From assembly GCA_051294375.1 (NCBI GenBank), contig JBJCIZ010001045.1, forward strand, positions 1 through 9,861: a stretch of 9,861 nt of DNA, written 5' to 3'. The stretch is from Paraspadella gotoi. Its lineage: Eukaryota > Animalia > Chaetognatha. Under the pieces are notes generated by a model, which ran no database searches, had not been told where the DNA came from, and saw nothing but the letters and a program-made list of their open reading frames with translations. The position numbers were made by a program, and so were the translations under genes. Shown here in pieces: positions 9,160 through 9,861 of the stretch (its first letter is position 1; each line of letters starts with the position of its first letter).

Positions 9160-9254
9160 CTGAAAAAAAGATTTGAGGCAAAATTAGAAACATTCGAGAC
9201 GAATTATTTTTTTAGATTTTCACGGTAAAAAAAGAAAGAAAGAAAGAAACTTAC
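9160..9254 (-). other. 95-bp spliceosomal intron, phase 2
   Basis: GTAAGT donor at 9254 and TTTTTTTCAG acceptor ending at 9160; splicing removes the TAA that ends ORF 9251..9787. Confidence 0.88.
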
Positions 9255-9861
9255 TTTTTTGATGGAGCTACCACTATAGAGGCTGTTGTAGCGGATGATG
9301 TTGATGATGATGTTGTTGAGGCTGTTGTTGAAGCTGTTGTTGAGGTTGTGGTTGAGGATGTTGTTGAGGATTTTGTTGAGGTTGTGGTTGAAGATGTTGT
9401 AGTAAATGTTTTTGAGGATGTTGTTGAGGATGATGTTAAGGATGTTGTAGGGGACGATGTGTTGGACGATGTAGTGGTTGATGTAGTTGACAGTGCGGTG
9501 GATGTTGTAGTGGATGTTGTAGTTGATGGCAAAGTTGATGTAGTGGATGTTGTAGTTGATGGCAAAGTTGATGTAGTGGATGGTAAAGTTGATGTAGTGG
9601 ATGATGATGTAGTGGATGGTAAAGTTGATGTAGTGGATGATGATGTCGTAGATGATGATGTTGGCGATTTTGTTGTTGTTGTTGTTGTTCGTCGTCGCCC
9701 TCGCCGTCGCCAGCTTGATGGCCAAGGCGCCACCCAAATTGCTGACGTTGGGGGAACCGTCGCGATTTCCGCCGGCGTCCTCCTCACCCAAACTCGTCCT
9801 GGTGGTGGTGCAGGCGTTGTCCTTTCTGGCGCCGGACGCCAATATACAGACGCCGGTCGTC
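9255..9861 (-). CDS. Large exon (5'-truncated by the window) encoding a Pro/Trp-rich segment, RRRGRRR and a Ser/Thr mucin-like stalk
   Basis: The frame of ORF 9251..9787 stays open to 9861: RPASVYWRPAPERTTPAPPPGRVWVRRTPAEIATVPPTSAIWVAPWPSSWRRRGRRRTTTTTTKSPTSSSTT... The spliced visible part is about 340 aa. Confidence 0.85.
9290..9690. repeat. Coding low-complexity/minisatellite array (STLPSTT, SSTT units)
   Basis: Recurrent GATGTAGTGGATGGTAAAGTT, GATGGCAAAGTTGATGTAGTGG and GTTGTTGAGGAT units, plus (GTT)n at ~9672-9689. Confidence 0.9.

Noticed and set aside
9204-9842. 212-aa Asn/Ile/His-rich ORF
   Set aside because: Alternative-frame shadow of the Ser/Thr repeat; only the Ser/Thr frame splices in phase to the TM exon.

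Overview
Eukaryotic genomic DNA; all recognisable coding signal is on the minus strand. All calls come from manual translation and motif recognition, and no searches were run. About 1-6900 is a heavily frameshifted Ty3/Gypsy-type LTR retrotransposon pol in PR-RT-RNaseH-IN order, with protease DTG-like site, RT thumb, RNase H, and an integrase showing zinc finger, DDE and GPY/F motifs. It has several oddities. The protease C-terminal half and the RT catalytic palm are replaced by a ~2.06 kb foreign, decayed coding segment. A 112-bp insert flanked by GGTAC duplications splits RNase H, and ~390 extra codons separate RNase H from integrase. No recognisable gag lies directly before the protease. 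A repeat- and CCAAT-containing spacer after pol leads into a new ORF at the window edge. At ~6790-6911 a polypurine tract, a possible ~80-bp LTR and a weak PBS-like motif separate pol from another decayed ORF (~6865-8250). The right end (8648-9861) is the 3' part of an intact spliced gene with three phase-compatible exons and 94- and 95-bp GT-AG introns. It encodes a Ser/Thr-rich mucin-like single-pass membrane protein.
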